From the IMG/VR virus record IMGVR_UViG_3300046387_001332: a DNA stretch of 64,000 nt; one strand, given 5' to 3'. Numbering within the stretch: the stretch's first letter is position 1; every line of letters begins with the position of its first letter. Made by a program: the position numbers and the translations under genes. The notes below the pieces were generated by a model. It was not told where the DNA came from. It did not search any database and was given only the letters and a program-made list of their open reading frames with translations. Below, in pieces: positions 9,710 to 19,861 of the stretch. The stretch comes from a virus.

Positions 9710-10416
9710 ATAATTTACCATTTGCTGACCGATTCCAAGAAGATGGTGATTTTATAGAAGATGTAGTTGAAGAAACACCAACTCCAACTCCAACTGAGAC
9801 ACCAACTCCAACACCAAGTCCGTCTCAAACTCCAACACCAAGTCCGTCTCAAACTCCAATTGAGACACCTACTCCAACACCAAGTCCTTCTCAAACTCCA
9901 ACCGAGACACCAACTCCAACACCAAGTCCGTCTCAAACTCCAACACCAAGTCCGTCTCAAACTCCAACCGAGACACCAACCCCAACACCAAGTCCGTCTC
10001 AAACTCCAACACCAAGTCCTTCTCAAACTCCAACACCAAGTCCTTCTCAAACTCCAACACCAAGTCCGTCTCAAACTCCAACTAGGACACCTACTCCAAC
10101 ACCAAGTCCTTCTCAAACTCCAACCGAGACACCAACTCCAACACCAAGTCCCAACATAACACCATCTCCGATAATAGAAAACAAAAAGATACGAAAAGAT
10201 GATGAGAATGTAATTTCAACACCAATGTACGATACAGAACTAGAATCAAAAGGACCGTATTATGTACCTTGGAAAAAAAGTTCAATGGACGCACATAGTA
10301 AATATTTTGCAAAAACAATATACAAGAATAATAAAGGATATATACCAAATAGTACCCTTGGAAATGTACCAACTAAAGAAAAAAAAGAAGAATCTGACAA
10401 TAAAGATGGTAAATAA
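9700..10416 (+). CDS. -1-frame mucin-like (Thr/Pro/Ser) extension of 8615..9709
   Basis: Frame is open from 9616 to TAA at 10416 with no ATG before 10225; reads [43 protein letters not shown]...; entered at the A10 run 9692-9701. Confidence 0.65.
   Translation, partial: NWIDNLPFADRFQEDGDFIEDVVEETPTPTPTETPTPTPSPSQTPTPSPSQTPIETPTPTPSPSQTPTETPTPTPSPSQTPTPSPSQTPTETPTPTPSPSQTPTPSPSQTPTPSPSQTPTPSPSQTPTRTPTPTPSPSQTPTETPTPTPSPNITPSPIIENKKIRKDDENVISTPMYDTELESKGPYYVPWKKSSMDAHSKYFAKTIYKNNKGYIPNSTLGNVPTKEKKEESDNKDGK
9775..10152 (+). repeat. Coding tandem repeat: 24-bp ACTCCAACACCAAGTCCKTCTCAA (TPTPSPSQ) units interspersed with 18-bp TPTETP-like units
   Basis: Directly visible; variation among the 24-bp units is at third codon positions of the TPTPSPSQ frame (CCG/CCT, ACT/ACC). 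Confidence 0.9.
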
Positions 10417-10428
10417 ATTACTTAAACA

Positions 10429-10458
10429 TTGACAAATCAACTATTTAAGGGTTATTAT
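10429..10458 (+). promoter_or_regulatory. Sigma70-type promoter for the small membrane protein/sigma factor pair
   Basis: TTGACA 10429-10434, TATTAT 10453-10458 (18-nt spacer); ATG at 10466. Confidence 0.5.
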
Positions 10459-10465
10459 TTAAAAT

Positions 10466-10717
10466 ATGACTGTGTATATTTTTAGTGGATTGGTATTAGT
10501 AGTTCTTATTTTATTGTATATAATTTTTAATTTATATAGAAAAGTTTCGTTATATGAAGAATGGACAATTGAAACACTAAACGAGTTAAACTCTACAGTT
10601 GAAACATGGAAAGAGTTAGACAGTAAACAATTATTTGAAAAAGATGATGAAGTTGGAGTCATCTTTGATGAACTTAATATAACAATAAAAAACCTAGAGA
10701 AAAGGCTAGACAATTAA
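10466..10717 (+). CDS. Small single-pass membrane protein
   Basis: N-terminal hydrophobic helix; TAATG overlap with the next gene. Confidence 0.7.
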   Translation: MTVYIFSGLVLVVLILLYIIFNLYRKVSLYEEWTIETLNELNSTVETWKELDSKQLFEKDDEVGVIFDELNITIKNLEKRLDN

Positions 10718-11448
10718 TGGAAGAAGTAAAATTCAAGAAAAAAAGAAAACCAAGATCAAAAAACAAAAAAATATACTTTTCGCAAGATACAGAAGATGCA
10801 ATTGTAGAATATAATAATTCAGAAGATGTAATTTTCAGAAATAATATATACAACGAAAGAATAAGTTACGCATTCGATAAACTAGCGGAAAATATTTTAA
10901 ATACATTTAAGTTTTCTTATTTTCAGTGTAGTCACGAAGAGGTACAACAAGAAGTTGTTAGTAATTTAGTAAGTAATATACACAAGTATAAACAAGGAAA
11001 CGGAAAAGCATTTTCCTATTTTAGTATAATTGCAAAGAATTTTTTAATTTTATATAACAATGGAAACTATAAAAAATTTAAAAGACACGAAAGTGTTGAT
11101 GACGAAGAAATAATTTACGAAAAGAAAGAACTCACGGTCAATCCAAAAAGTGAAACTCATAAAAAAGAATTAAGTGAGTTTGTAACATTAATGATTGCGT
11201 ATTACGATAAACACCTAGAACGATTATTTAAAAAGCAAAATGAATTTAAAATTGCGTGTGCAGTTATTGAAATATTCAGAAGAAGTGACTCAATAGAGAA
11301 TTTTAACAAAAAAGCACTTTATCTGTATATCAGAGAAATGACAGATTGTAAAACACAGAATATCACAAAAGTTGTAAATAAAATGAAAGATATCCAGTCT
11401 CAGTTAACACGGTCATATATTGACAAAGGTTATATTGACATGGATTAA
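10717..11448 (+). CDS. Phage sigma factor (gp55-like, probably late transcription)
   Basis: Region-2-like helices ending KAFSYFSIIAKNFLI (compare the gp55-family NPFAYFTQI motif); N-terminal YF...AIVEYN. Confidence 0.7.
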   Translation: MEEVKFKKKRKPRSKNKKIYFSQDTEDAIVEYNNSEDVIFRNNIYNERISYAFDKLAENILNTFKFSYFQCSHEEVQQEVVSNLVSNIHKYKQGNGKAFSYFSIIAKNFLILYNNGNYKKFKRHESVDDEEIIYEKKELTVNPKSETHKKELSEFVTLMIAYYDKHLERLFKKQNEFKIACAVIEIFRRSDSIENFNKKALYLYIREMTDCKTQNITKVVNKMKDIQSQLTRSYIDKGYIDMD

Positions 11449-11494
11449 CTCTTATTCATTACCATAAAAAATATATACATCTATATTTATATTT

Positions 11495-11899
11495 ATGGAT
11501 TCTGATACTGAAATTTTTAAGGGAAAAACATTCTCTTCACTTGTAAAAGATATATACTTCAACTCAAATCACAAAAAAGAGCAAATCAATCAATTGATTA
11601 AAGATTTGCGTGAAATGGTAAAGGATATAGGTTCTGCGACTGTAATTGCACCAATGATAAAAGACTATATAGATGTTGGAGTTAAAAACGATGATCAACT
11701 TGTAAAATTGTCTGCCGTTTTAACTAGATTTATCAATGGTACATCTTCGTCATCAGATGATACGGGAGGCAGTGGTATGCTAACGGAAGGTGAAAAAGAA
11801 GAATTGTTAAATAATGTAAAAAAAGAGTTAAATGATTTAGAAGAAAAATCAGCAAGTATTGATAAACAAATAAAGCAATCAAAGGATGGCATACAGTAA
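11495..11899 (+). CDS. Hypothetical helical protein
   Basis: ORF preceded by ATATTTAT; overlaps the next gene's start. Confidence 0.65.
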   Translation: MDSDTEIFKGKTFSSLVKDIYFNSNHKKEQINQLIKDLREMVKDIGSATVIAPMIKDYIDVGVKNDDQLVKLSAVLTRFINGTSSSSDDTGGSGMLTEGEKEELLNNVKKELNDLEEKSASIDKQIKQSKDGIQ

Positions 11900-14800
11900 A
11901 TTTACGAAAAAATCTGTGACCAAAGAAATTGGCACAAACCACTTGATGACTGTACGCAGGGCATACTCAACTCCGCCTGATTCGGCCGAGTTTTATGAAC
12001 TCGAACCTGCGGTGGTACTTGACATAATTCGTGACGAAAACCATCCTGTCTTTAAGGATAAAAAAACTTGTCCTAAAATTACTGAACTTGAATGGCCAAA
12101 GGGATATAACGACAAAGAAAAACCAGATTATTCATGGATAGGTCGTATAAAGGCAAGAGCAATTGTTAGTCAAAATAAAGCACCTCTTGAAGAACTTACT
12201 TGGATTTTGCCACTTGAAACTGGAATAAAAGAATATCCATTGTTAAATGAAACTGTGGTTATTGTAAAATATATTAATAATATCTACTATACTCGCAGAA
12301 TAAATTCAAGAAATTTTTTAAATAATTCGGCAGATTTTAGAACTGAACCTAGATTCGGAGCAGGTAATCGTCCAAGTAAAACAAATTGTCCAAATTTGGT
12401 AGGTGCCAGAAATCCATCAAACATAAGTCCTGCAAGCAATCAATACGGAGTTTTTCTTGGAAAATATTTTAAAGCAAATAATAAAGTAAGACCACTAAAG
12501 CACTTTGAGGGAGATACTATTATAGAAAGTAGGTTTGGTTCAAGTATTCGTTTTGGTTGCTATGAGGATGATCCGAAAATAGACATAGGAACAAACCAAG
12601 GCAACGGAGATGACTACAGTGGAAACTTGGGAAATCCTATGATTTTAATTCGCAATAGACAGAGACCCAAACGTGGAAACGAGTCGACATTTTCCCATAC
12701 AATTATGGAGGATATAAATGCAGATGGGTCATCAATTCACATTACTTCGGGAAAAACAATACAAAGATTTTCACCAACATTAGTTGGTCCAAAACCAAAA
12801 CCAAATGAAAAACCAAAAAAAGAACCAAAGAACTTTGCTGGATTGAGTAAACTTTCAAGTTCATCGGTTGGAACGGGACAGGTTCCGGGTCCGGGTAGTG
12901 TCAGTCCAAGTCCCACGCAAATGGGTCAGGTTTCGGCTGCTCCATTAAATAGCATGAATGCATCTTCTACCGGTGGGGGTGTTGGTCCAAGTGCAGCCGC
13001 AAGCAAAGCAAAAGCAGGAGACTGGTCGGGATCAATTGGAGCAAGCATGAGTTCTGCGGTTGGTGAAAAAGATGGAACTGCAATTGGTGAACGACTTGGT
13101 AAGATGGGAATGGCAAATGCATCTAAACTTGTAAATGTAGAGGGTGTATCACCAAATCCACGGATGGGGGCAAATGTGTCCGGAAGCATAGGTTCAACCG
13201 GAGTATCGTCATCGTCAAATGTTTACCACTCAATTAATAGCAAGCAAGGAAAATCTAAATTTATTAAGGGAGTTGGTGTCGGAAATTTTTCACTAAACTC
13301 TGCATACGAAAGTGGAATTGAAGGTGCATTGGGAAAGGCACGTTCTGTTGGCAAGTCAACCCTTCTGAATAAAACCAAAGCAGGTAGAGCACTGTCAGCC
13401 GCAAATTCACTTGGAATAGATGTAGACGGAGTAAGAGACTTGGGTATAAATTCAGAAGACAGCCCTATGTTTAAAATATTTAAACTTGCTTCATTCGGGT
13501 TAAAGTCAATTTGTGCAAGTTTAAAAAATAAAAAAGGATTCGGAAGTAAGACAGAAGAATCTCTCGGTTGGATGCTTTCATTTGGAATAAACTTAGAGTT
13601 ACTTGCATTACTTATGGCAATTTTTAGTAGATTGCGGAATTTAAAATTTAACTTTGGTGCAATGTTTGGCTTGGATTTAGATAAGTTTACATTTGATTTA
13701 TGTGATTGGGTAAATCAAGTTGAGTTTGGGAATTCATTGACAGACACTTTCAAAGGAGAAGCAACTAAGTTAGTAGATCCACTCGACCCACGTGCAAAAG
13801 TGAAGGCAGTTGGTGATGATTTAAGTTCCAAGGGAATTTTGAATCCGTTTGCACGTAATGATCCTGATTTTAAACAACAATACTCTGCTATAATTACCGA
13901 GGAAGAAAAAGCAAAACTAAAAGCAGCCGGTTCATCTTTTGGTTCTATGGGTTTGTCATTAAACAAAGGAAGTGAGCAAGTTGCGACTATGGGATTTGAT
14001 CCAATAAGTGGGTTATTCCGACAAAAAGAAGCAGGAGCATCAACACAACTTAATTTTGGCAAAGCAAATGTTGCATCGGTAAATGTAGCAAAAAATGCAG
14101 GAGCAATAGATTATGCATCCTTTGGTGAGGGAGTTTCATTTGACGCAGGAGTAGGAATTGGGGGAACTGCACTTTCGGGTCTAGGTTCTATTTCACAAGA
14201 TTCTTCACAGAGTTCAAGTGCAAATAATACAAATCAACAAAGCCAACCACAACAAAGCCAACCACAACAAAATCAGACTCAACCAGAATCACGACCAAGT
14301 GCATCTAATAATAGATCAGGACAAACGAATGTTGGTTCAAGCGGGTCACCGCAAACACAACCAACAAGTTCATCTTCGTCTAGCACAAGCACACCAAGCA
14401 ATGTTTCTTCAAAACCAACAACAACACGACCAAGTGCAGGACAACAAAAAACCGCAAACGAAAATCCAGATTCGGTAAATTCATTTCACACAGGCCAACC
14501 AATCACACGTTCTGACATAAAAGGCACACCAATTGAAAATGCCGACTTAAATGCAGTTGCACTTTTACATCCAGAAGACTACAAAACACTTACGGATAAA
14601 AAAGCAGTAAAACAATCCATAAAGCAAGCACAACAGGCACGACAAAACACGTTTAATGCTGAGATGGAAAAGACCGAAACAGAAGCAATGGAACAGGCCG
14701 GAGGAAATTTAATGTTTGGAAAGCAATTACCTGAGTTAAGTGGAAACCAAATCTTGATTAACTCGGAACGAGTTATGTTTTCATCAAAAACCGGAGAAAT

Positions 14801-15128
14801 GGTTACATTTGCAAAAGGAAAACTTGGTTTCGCAACAGACAGTGAAATGACACTTAATGCAGTAAAGAGAATTGTAACAACAACATCTCAACATACATCT
14901 GTTGTTAGTCCAACCATTCACCTTGGGGCATATACAACCACACGTCATCCTGTGTTGAAGGGAGATATTACCACAAATTGGTTGTCAAGTTTATGTGGGT
15001 GGTTATCAAGTCATGTTCACAATGACCCATATATTACCACCGGTCCTCCTGCCCAACAAGGAACACTTGCGGGATTAAGAGCAAGGTTACCTACATTACA
15101 TAGCACAAGAGTGTGGATAGATGGTTAA
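11886..15128 (+). CDS. Baseplate hub/central spike protein (gp5/VgrG-like) with long Gly/Ser-rich insertion
   Basis: N-terminal OB-fold-like segment (GRIKAR...PL...YPLLNETV); GDTIIESRFGSSIRFG; C-terminal beta repeats and SHVH...TGPP tip; lies just upstream of gp25/gp6. Confidence 0.65.
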   Translation: MAYSKFTKKSVTKEIGTNHLMTVRRAYSTPPDSAEFYELEPAVVLDIIRDENHPVFKDKKTCPKITELEWPKGYNDKEKPDYSWIGRIKARAIVSQNKAPLEELTWILPLETGIKEYPLLNETVVIVKYINNIYYTRRINSRNFLNNSADFRTEPRFGAGNRPSKTNCPNLVGARNPSNISPASNQYGVFLGKYFKANNKVRPLKHFEGDTIIESRFGSSIRFGCYEDDPKIDIGTNQGNGDDYSGNLGNPMILIRNRQRPKRGNESTFSHTIMEDINADGSSIHITSGKTIQRFSPTLVGPKPKPNEKPKKEPKNFAGLSKLSSSSVGTGQVPGPGSVSPSPTQMGQVSAAPLNSMNASSTGGGVGPSAAASKAKAGDWSGSIGASMSSAVGEKDGTAIGERLGKMGMANASKLVNVEGVSPNPRMGANVSGSIGSTGVSSSSNVYHSINSKQGKSKFIKGVGVGNFSLNSAYESGIEGALGKARSVGKSTLLNKTKAGRALSAANSLGIDVDGVRDLGINSEDSPMFKIFKLASFGLKSICASLKNKKGFGSKTEESLGWMLSFGINLELLALLMAIFSRLRNLKFNFGAMFGLDLDKFTFDLCDWVNQVEFGNSLTDTFKGEATKLVDPLDPRAKVKAVGDDLSSKGILNPFARNDPDFKQQYSAIITEEEKAKLKAAGSSFGSMGLSLNKGSEQVATMGFDPISGLFRQKEAGASTQLNFGKANVASVNVAKNAGAIDYASFGEGVSFDAGVGIGGTALSGLGSISQDSSQSSSANNTNQQSQPQQSQPQQNQTQPESRPSASNNRSGQTNVGSSGSPQTQPTSSSSSSTSTPSNVSSKPTTTRPSAGQQKTANENPDSVNSFHTGQPITRSDIKGTPIENADLNAVALLHPEDYKTLTDKKAVKQSIKQAQQARQNTFNAEMEKTETEAMEQAGGNLMFGKQLPELSGNQILINSERVMFSSKTGEMVTFAKGKLGFATDSEMTLNAVKRIVTTTSQHTSVVSPTIHLGAYTTTRHPVLKGDITTNWLSSLCGWLSSHVHNDPYITTGPPAQQGTLAGLRARLPTLHSTRVWIDG

Positions 15129-15160
15129 TATATGCAATAGGTTAATATATATGTATAGAA

Positions 15161-15168
15161 ATATTTAT
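15161..15168 (+). promoter_or_regulatory. Representative ATATTTAT upstream motif (candidate late promoter)
   Basis: The same motif (or ATACTTAT/CTATTTAT) also starts at 371, 1488, 1515, 7900, 8548, 11483, 31164, 31196, 33375, 37512, 43865, 50316, 52602, 54483, 57131, 59844 and 62890, all intergenic. Confidence 0.6.
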
Positions 15169-15169
15169 T

Positions 15170-15586
15170 ATGAAAAAGACAGAATTAGTAAACATTATTA
15201 AACAAGCAGTGCGGGAAGAACTACGATCATCTCTTCCTGAGTTATTATCTGAGATCAAAACACAGACAAATACACAGAAAATAAAATCTACTAAAAAAAG
15301 AGAAACTGATCCAGTTTCTCTTGCAAAGCAGGTTCTCAAGACCGAACAAACAATAAAACCACAACGTACATTTAGTAAAAATGAAGCAATAAATAAAATA
15401 TTAAATGAAACCGTAGGTGGAATACCACAAGAGGGGTCAAATGTGTCAAGTGGAATGGGTCAAAACTTTTCTGACACAAATGGTAATGAGGTTTCTTTAG
15501 ACGCATTACCAGATCATGTTTCCAATGCGTTAACACGAAATTATTCAGAGGTATTAAATCTCGTTGATAAAAAGAAAAATGGCTGA
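15170..15586 (+). CDS. Hypothetical protein with N-terminal KxELxxIIK..VREEL helix
   Basis: ORF; its N-terminal motif is shared with head-region proteins. Confidence 0.65.
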   Translation: MKKTELVNIIKQAVREELRSSLPELLSEIKTQTNTQKIKSTKKRETDPVSLAKQVLKTEQTIKPQRTFSKNEAINKILNETVGGIPQEGSNVSSGMGQNFSDTNGNEVSLDALPDHVSNALTRNYSEVLNLVDKKKNG

Positions 15587-16049
15587 TGATTATGTAAATG
15601 AATCCGTTCCACTTGGAATTAAAATACCATATCATAGAAATGATCTGGACGGATACTTTGCACAAAATAGATCAACATTACTTAGATATAAAACTAATTT
15701 AATGATGCTATTATTAACAAATAAAGGTGAACGACCAATGATGCCAACATACGGTTCCACTTTGCGAGAAATATTATTCGAGCAAAATACAGCCGATGCG
15801 GTAGATGGACTTTTAGAGGATTCGATAACAGAGGCAATTGAGAGGTGGATGCCCGATGTACAAATTGATACCTTGGAAATTACACATGGATCAAATGATT
15901 TAATAACTGAACTTGATAGCATGGGAAACGAAGTAAGAAGAGTTGTTGGAAATGATACAAATGAATATACGGTAAATATAAATCTTATATTTTCTATAAA
16001 AGAAATACCTGAATCTGAACAAGATTTGCAACTTACAATAGGGGTCTAA
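15579..16049 (+). CDS. Baseplate wedge subunit, gp25-like
   Basis: NLMMLLLTNKGERPMMPTYGSTLREILFE...AIERWMPDV, the GPW/gp25 signature. Confidence 0.9.
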   Translation: MADDYVNESVPLGIKIPYHRNDLDGYFAQNRSTLLRYKTNLMMLLLTNKGERPMMPTYGSTLREILFEQNTADAVDGLLEDSITEAIERWMPDVQIDTLEITHGSNDLITELDSMGNEVRRVVGNDTNEYTVNINLIFSIKEIPESEQDLQLTIGV

Positions 16050-16050
16050 A

Positions 16051-18021
16051 ATGGAGAGTGACAATTACAACGCAGTAACAAAAGATAAAGACATAAATTA
16101 CCTTAGTCGTGATTTTGCAAGTTTTAAAGAAAACCTTGTTCAGTATACTAAAACCTATTTTCCAGGTACACATACAGACTTTTCTGAAAACTCAACGGGA
16201 ATGATGTTTCTTGAATTGGCATCATATGTAGGGGATGTATTATCTTATTATATAGATTATCAATTTAAAGAAAGTTTTCTTCAATATGCAACTGAAAGAA
16301 AAAATATTTTAACTCTTGCAAATTATCTTGGATACAAACCAAATGCTTCTAAACCAGCATCTACAATTGTTGACATAATGCACATTGTTCCATCCAAATT
16401 AGATGAAGATGGTAAAAACGTTCCGGACATGAAATACGCACTAAATATTCAGTCTGGAATGGAAATAAGATCCTCCGCAAATACAGAGGTAGTCTTCAGA
16501 ACAACAAATAGTGTCCAATTTGCAGAGAATACAACCGAGTCACCACTCCAAATAACTGTATTTGAAAGAGATTCATCGGGTCAAGTATTGTTTTATTTAC
16601 TCAAGAAAAGGGTTCATACAACGGCCGGCACACTTACCAAAAAAACAGTTGCTGTGGGGCAAGCATCTGAATTTTTTGAAATAGAATTAACAGAACCAAA
16701 TGTACTTGAAATAGTATCAGTAAAAGATTCCGATGGAAACATATACCACGAAGTTCCCTACATGGCACAAGATTTAGTTTTAATTGAGCAACAAAATACT
16801 CAAAAGTCATTTCCAAACTATGCTCAATATTCAGCAAGTACTCCATATGTTCTAAAATACATCAAGACATCAAGAAGGTATATATCTCATGTAAACACAA
16901 ACAATTCAGTAACACTTGAGTTCGGCAAAGGTTCGGATAAGGTTGATGACAACATAATTTCACCAGACACCACCAACATAAATAGAAACATAAACATTAC
17001 AAAAAGTTCACTCGACATGGGATTTGATCCAATGAACTTTTTAAAATCAGATTCTTATGGGTCTGCCCCAAGCAACACACAGATAACGGTTCAATATTAC
17101 ACAGGTGGTGGTACAGAATCTAATGTAAAATCAAATGTACTAAATGCAATTGGTACTGTAAATTATGCCGACACAAATGAGTATCTTTCTGCTCAAGAAA
17201 AATTAGTCCTACAAACTGTTAAAAATAGTTTGATAGTTAATAATCCCGATCCAGCACGGGGTGGTGGTGGAGAAGAAACCGATGAAGAAATTCGTCTAAA
17301 AGGTCTTGCAAACTTTTCATCACAAATGAGAGCGGTCACAAAAGAAGATTATGTAATTAGATGCTATGCAATGCCAAGTAAATACGGCAGTGTTGCAAAG
17401 GCATTTGTAACCAAGGACGGGATATTAGATACAAAGTCACAAATAGATGCAATAAAATCTTCAACTATGGGAGACACGGACGTACAACCAAGTGGACTAA
17501 ATACGGTATATGGTGAAATAAACAATCCGTTTGCTGTAAATCTATATATTTTAAGTTATGACGAAAATCAAAAATTGGTAGCACCAAATGAACTTGTTTT
17601 AAACAACTTAATAAATTATTTATCAAACTTTAGAATGCTAACGGATGGCATAAATATATCAAATGCATTCATAATTAATATTGGAATTTATTTTGAAATA
17701 AGTGTATTTCAAAGTTTTAACAAAAAAGAAGTATTATTAAATTGTATCAATAAAATTACAGAACATTTTAATATAACGACTTGGCAAATTTCACAACCAA
17801 TTGAAATTGGTAGTGTAGAACTTTTATTGTCAAAAACAAAAGGTGTAAAGTCAGTAGCACGACTTGACTTTATAAATTTAACAATAAATGATGGAGATTA
17901 TTCCGAAAACGAATACGACATAGAAGGAGCAACTATTAACAAAGTAATATATCCATCACAAGACCCGTCGATATTTGAAATAAAATATCCATCGAGAGAT
18001 ATAATTGGGAGGGTTGTATAA
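16051..18021 (+). CDS. Baseplate wedge subunit, gp6-like
   Basis: YLSRDFASFKENL, TDFSENSTGMMFLE, LGYKP, LEFGKG, GGGGEETDEEIR, QMRAVTKEDY. Confidence 0.9.
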   Translation: MESDNYNAVTKDKDINYLSRDFASFKENLVQYTKTYFPGTHTDFSENSTGMMFLELASYVGDVLSYYIDYQFKESFLQYATERKNILTLANYLGYKPNASKPASTIVDIMHIVPSKLDEDGKNVPDMKYALNIQSGMEIRSSANTEVVFRTTNSVQFAENTTESPLQITVFERDSSGQVLFYLLKKRVHTTAGTLTKKTVAVGQASEFFEIELTEPNVLEIVSVKDSDGNIYHEVPYMAQDLVLIEQQNTQKSFPNYAQYSASTPYVLKYIKTSRRYISHVNTNNSVTLEFGKGSDKVDDNIISPDTTNINRNINITKSSLDMGFDPMNFLKSDSYGSAPSNTQITVQYYTGGGTESNVKSNVLNAIGTVNYADTNEYLSAQEKLVLQTVKNSLIVNNPDPARGGGGEETDEEIRLKGLANFSSQMRAVTKEDYVIRCYAMPSKYGSVAKAFVTKDGILDTKSQIDAIKSSTMGDTDVQPSGLNTVYGEINNPFAVNLYILSYDENQKLVAPNELVLNNLINYLSNFRMLTDGINISNAFIINIGIYFEISVFQSFNKKEVLLNCINKITEHFNITTWQISQPIEIGSVELLLSKTKGVKSVARLDFINLTINDGDYSENEYDIEGATINKVIYPSQDPSIFEIKYPSRDIIGRVV

Positions 18022-19265
18022 TGAACTTATTTTATTACCCAAGCAAAGACACTACAATATATAAATTAAAATCTAAAAGAGAGTTAAACTACGGAAACTC
18101 TGAAATATTAGAAATAACCAACACACACAACAATAGTAATGGTCATAATTTAAGTCAGATTTTAATAAAGTTTGATATACCAATCGACACAGACACACTT
18201 GAGTCTTATTTAGATTTCAGTGCTGAGTTAAACTTAAAAATAACCCATGTTGAAAATATTGATAGTGGAAATTTTCTTGAAGTTTTTCCTATTAATTGTG
18301 AGTGGACAGAGGGAACGGGTGCGGGTGTGGATTATGATCCTGTGTATGGTCCAACCAACTGGTTATATTCATCTGATGTAAAGTGGTTGCATGATAACGA
18401 TGGCATACTTGGTGCAACTTATTTTGATAAAAAAATAGATTGTTGTGGAAACTATAAAAATATAAACACAGGAATAGAACTTACAGAAAAAACATCTGAT
18501 CTTAGAATAAATGTTACTGATATAGTAAAGTATTGGATAAAAAATGATATTGAAAATAATGGATTTGTATTAAAGTTAAGAAATGAAAGTGTAACTAATC
18601 AATTTGGGAGTATTAAGTTCTTTTCATCTAGTACTAATACTATTTATTCCCCACGTTTAAAAGTTTCATATGATGATTTTGAGTTTTTAGAAGTAAAAAC
18701 GGAGGTTAAAACGGACAACGATTTAAGTGGGTCGTTAGGAAGTGGGTCGTTAGGAAGTGGAACACTTAAACATGAGTGTGATGGGGGAGACGGTTTAGAC
18801 TTTGAAGAATTTGACATTGATAAAGTAATCACCGAATCTTGTGATTTCTACAAAACATTTAGTAGTGAAAAAATTGAGATAGAGAATTTGGAAGAACTTA
18901 CAGGTGATGTTCATGTAAAAATAAAAAATATTAAAAAAGAATATAAAGTTTCGGAGATTATAAAATTTAGACTTGGGGTGCGTAATAAAAATCCCATTAA
19001 AAAAATAAAAAAGAGGGCTGTTTATACCGCATCGTATTACACCACAAACGAACTTTATTATTCAATTATTGACGCAGAGACGCAAGAGGTAATAATTGAC
19101 TTTGACAAATATTCACGAATAAGTTGCGATACAACTGGCCATTATTTTAATATATCTTTTTTAAATATAAGTCCCGGTAGGTATTACAAATTCTTGATAT
19201 TAGTAAAATCAGAAGAGGGTGACTACATAACAGAAGAACAAAGAACATTTCACTTATCTATATAA
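18021..19265 (+). CDS. Baseplate-region protein with DNRLRE/CBM96-like beta-sandwich
   Basis: KDTTIY...NYG..EILEI, WTEGTG, INVTDIVKYW, NNGFVLK, FFSS...PRLKVSY. Confidence 0.55.
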   Translation: MNLFYYPSKDTTIYKLKSKRELNYGNSEILEITNTHNNSNGHNLSQILIKFDIPIDTDTLESYLDFSAELNLKITHVENIDSGNFLEVFPINCEWTEGTGAGVDYDPVYGPTNWLYSSDVKWLHDNDGILGATYFDKKIDCCGNYKNINTGIELTEKTSDLRINVTDIVKYWIKNDIENNGFVLKLRNESVTNQFGSIKFFSSSTNTIYSPRLKVSYDDFEFLEVKTEVKTDNDLSGSLGSGSLGSGTLKHECDGGDGLDFEEFDIDKVITESCDFYKTFSSEKIEIENLEELTGDVHVKIKNIKKEYKVSEIIKFRLGVRNKNPIKKIKKRAVYTASYYTTNELYYSIIDAETQEVIIDFDKYSRISCDTTGHYFNISFLNISPGRYYKFLILVKSEEGDYITEEQRTFHLSI

Positions 19266-19861
19266 TGAAAGAAATACCACAAATTTTAAAAGAATCAAAT
19301 TTCAGTCAAGATAAAATTCAATCGTTATTTACAGAGGAAACCCTAGATGTAAATACAGATGGATTTGGTGTGATAAATTTTTCTCAAAACGAAGTAACAA
19401 ATGATTCTAATTTAGAGGATTATTTTCTTACAATAAAAACAGAAAAAAGAAAAATAGTTCCACCCAAAATAGAGTCGTATGCAACAACAGATGTAATTGA
19501 ATTTCAAGGAGAAATACAATCATTTGAAGAAGCACCTATTGAAGAAAACGAAGACTTGGTGAATATTGAGGAAGACTTAGATGACGCAATTAATAACGAG
19601 CAAATGCTACAAGCACAAATTGATGAACTCAGTTCAAAATTAGACGAAGAAATGGCAAGAAACATTAAATTTAGTGAAGATTCTGCCGAAATGTATCTGG
19701 CTGCAAGAGATACAATAATAGCACAAAGAATTGCAGCGGGTGAAGGAGCAGGTTCTGATGACTTTGAGGATATTTTTCCATTCTTACCAAAGTCATCAAC
19801 CGAACGAGATACTTCAACTGCGAGAGTAGAGTCGTTTCCTTTTATGGGAATAAATCAGTAA
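19265..19861 (+). CDS. Hypothetical acidic coiled-coil protein
   Basis: ORF coupled on both sides (TAATG, TAA-ATG). Confidence 0.65.
   Translation: MKEIPQILKESNFSQDKIQSLFTEETLDVNTDGFGVINFSQNEVTNDSNLEDYFLTIKTEKRKIVPPKIESYATTDVIEFQGEIQSFEEAPIEENEDLVNIEEDLDDAINNEQMLQAQIDELSSKLDEEMARNIKFSEDSAEMYLAARDTIIAQRIAAGEGAGSDDFEDIFPFLPKSSTERDTSTARVESFPFMGINQ

Noticed and set aside
9775-10152. Possible CRISPR array
   Set aside because: Units are contiguous with no unique spacers, lengths are multiples of 3, and no cas genes are present.
9715-10159. Track ORFs 9767..10159 (+, Gln/His/Leu-rich), 9715..10116 (-) and 9869..10081 (-)
   Set aside because: Alternative frames of the tandem repeat; the variation is largely synonymous only in the TPTPSPSQ frame.
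11495-11899. Terminase small subunit assignment
   Set aside because: Size and helicity are compatible, but there is no recognisable motif and it is far from the large subunit gene.
18725-18760. 15-bp tandem duplication AGTGGGTCGTTAGGA (SGSLG x2)
   Set aside because: Short in-frame linker duplication with no sign of separate function.
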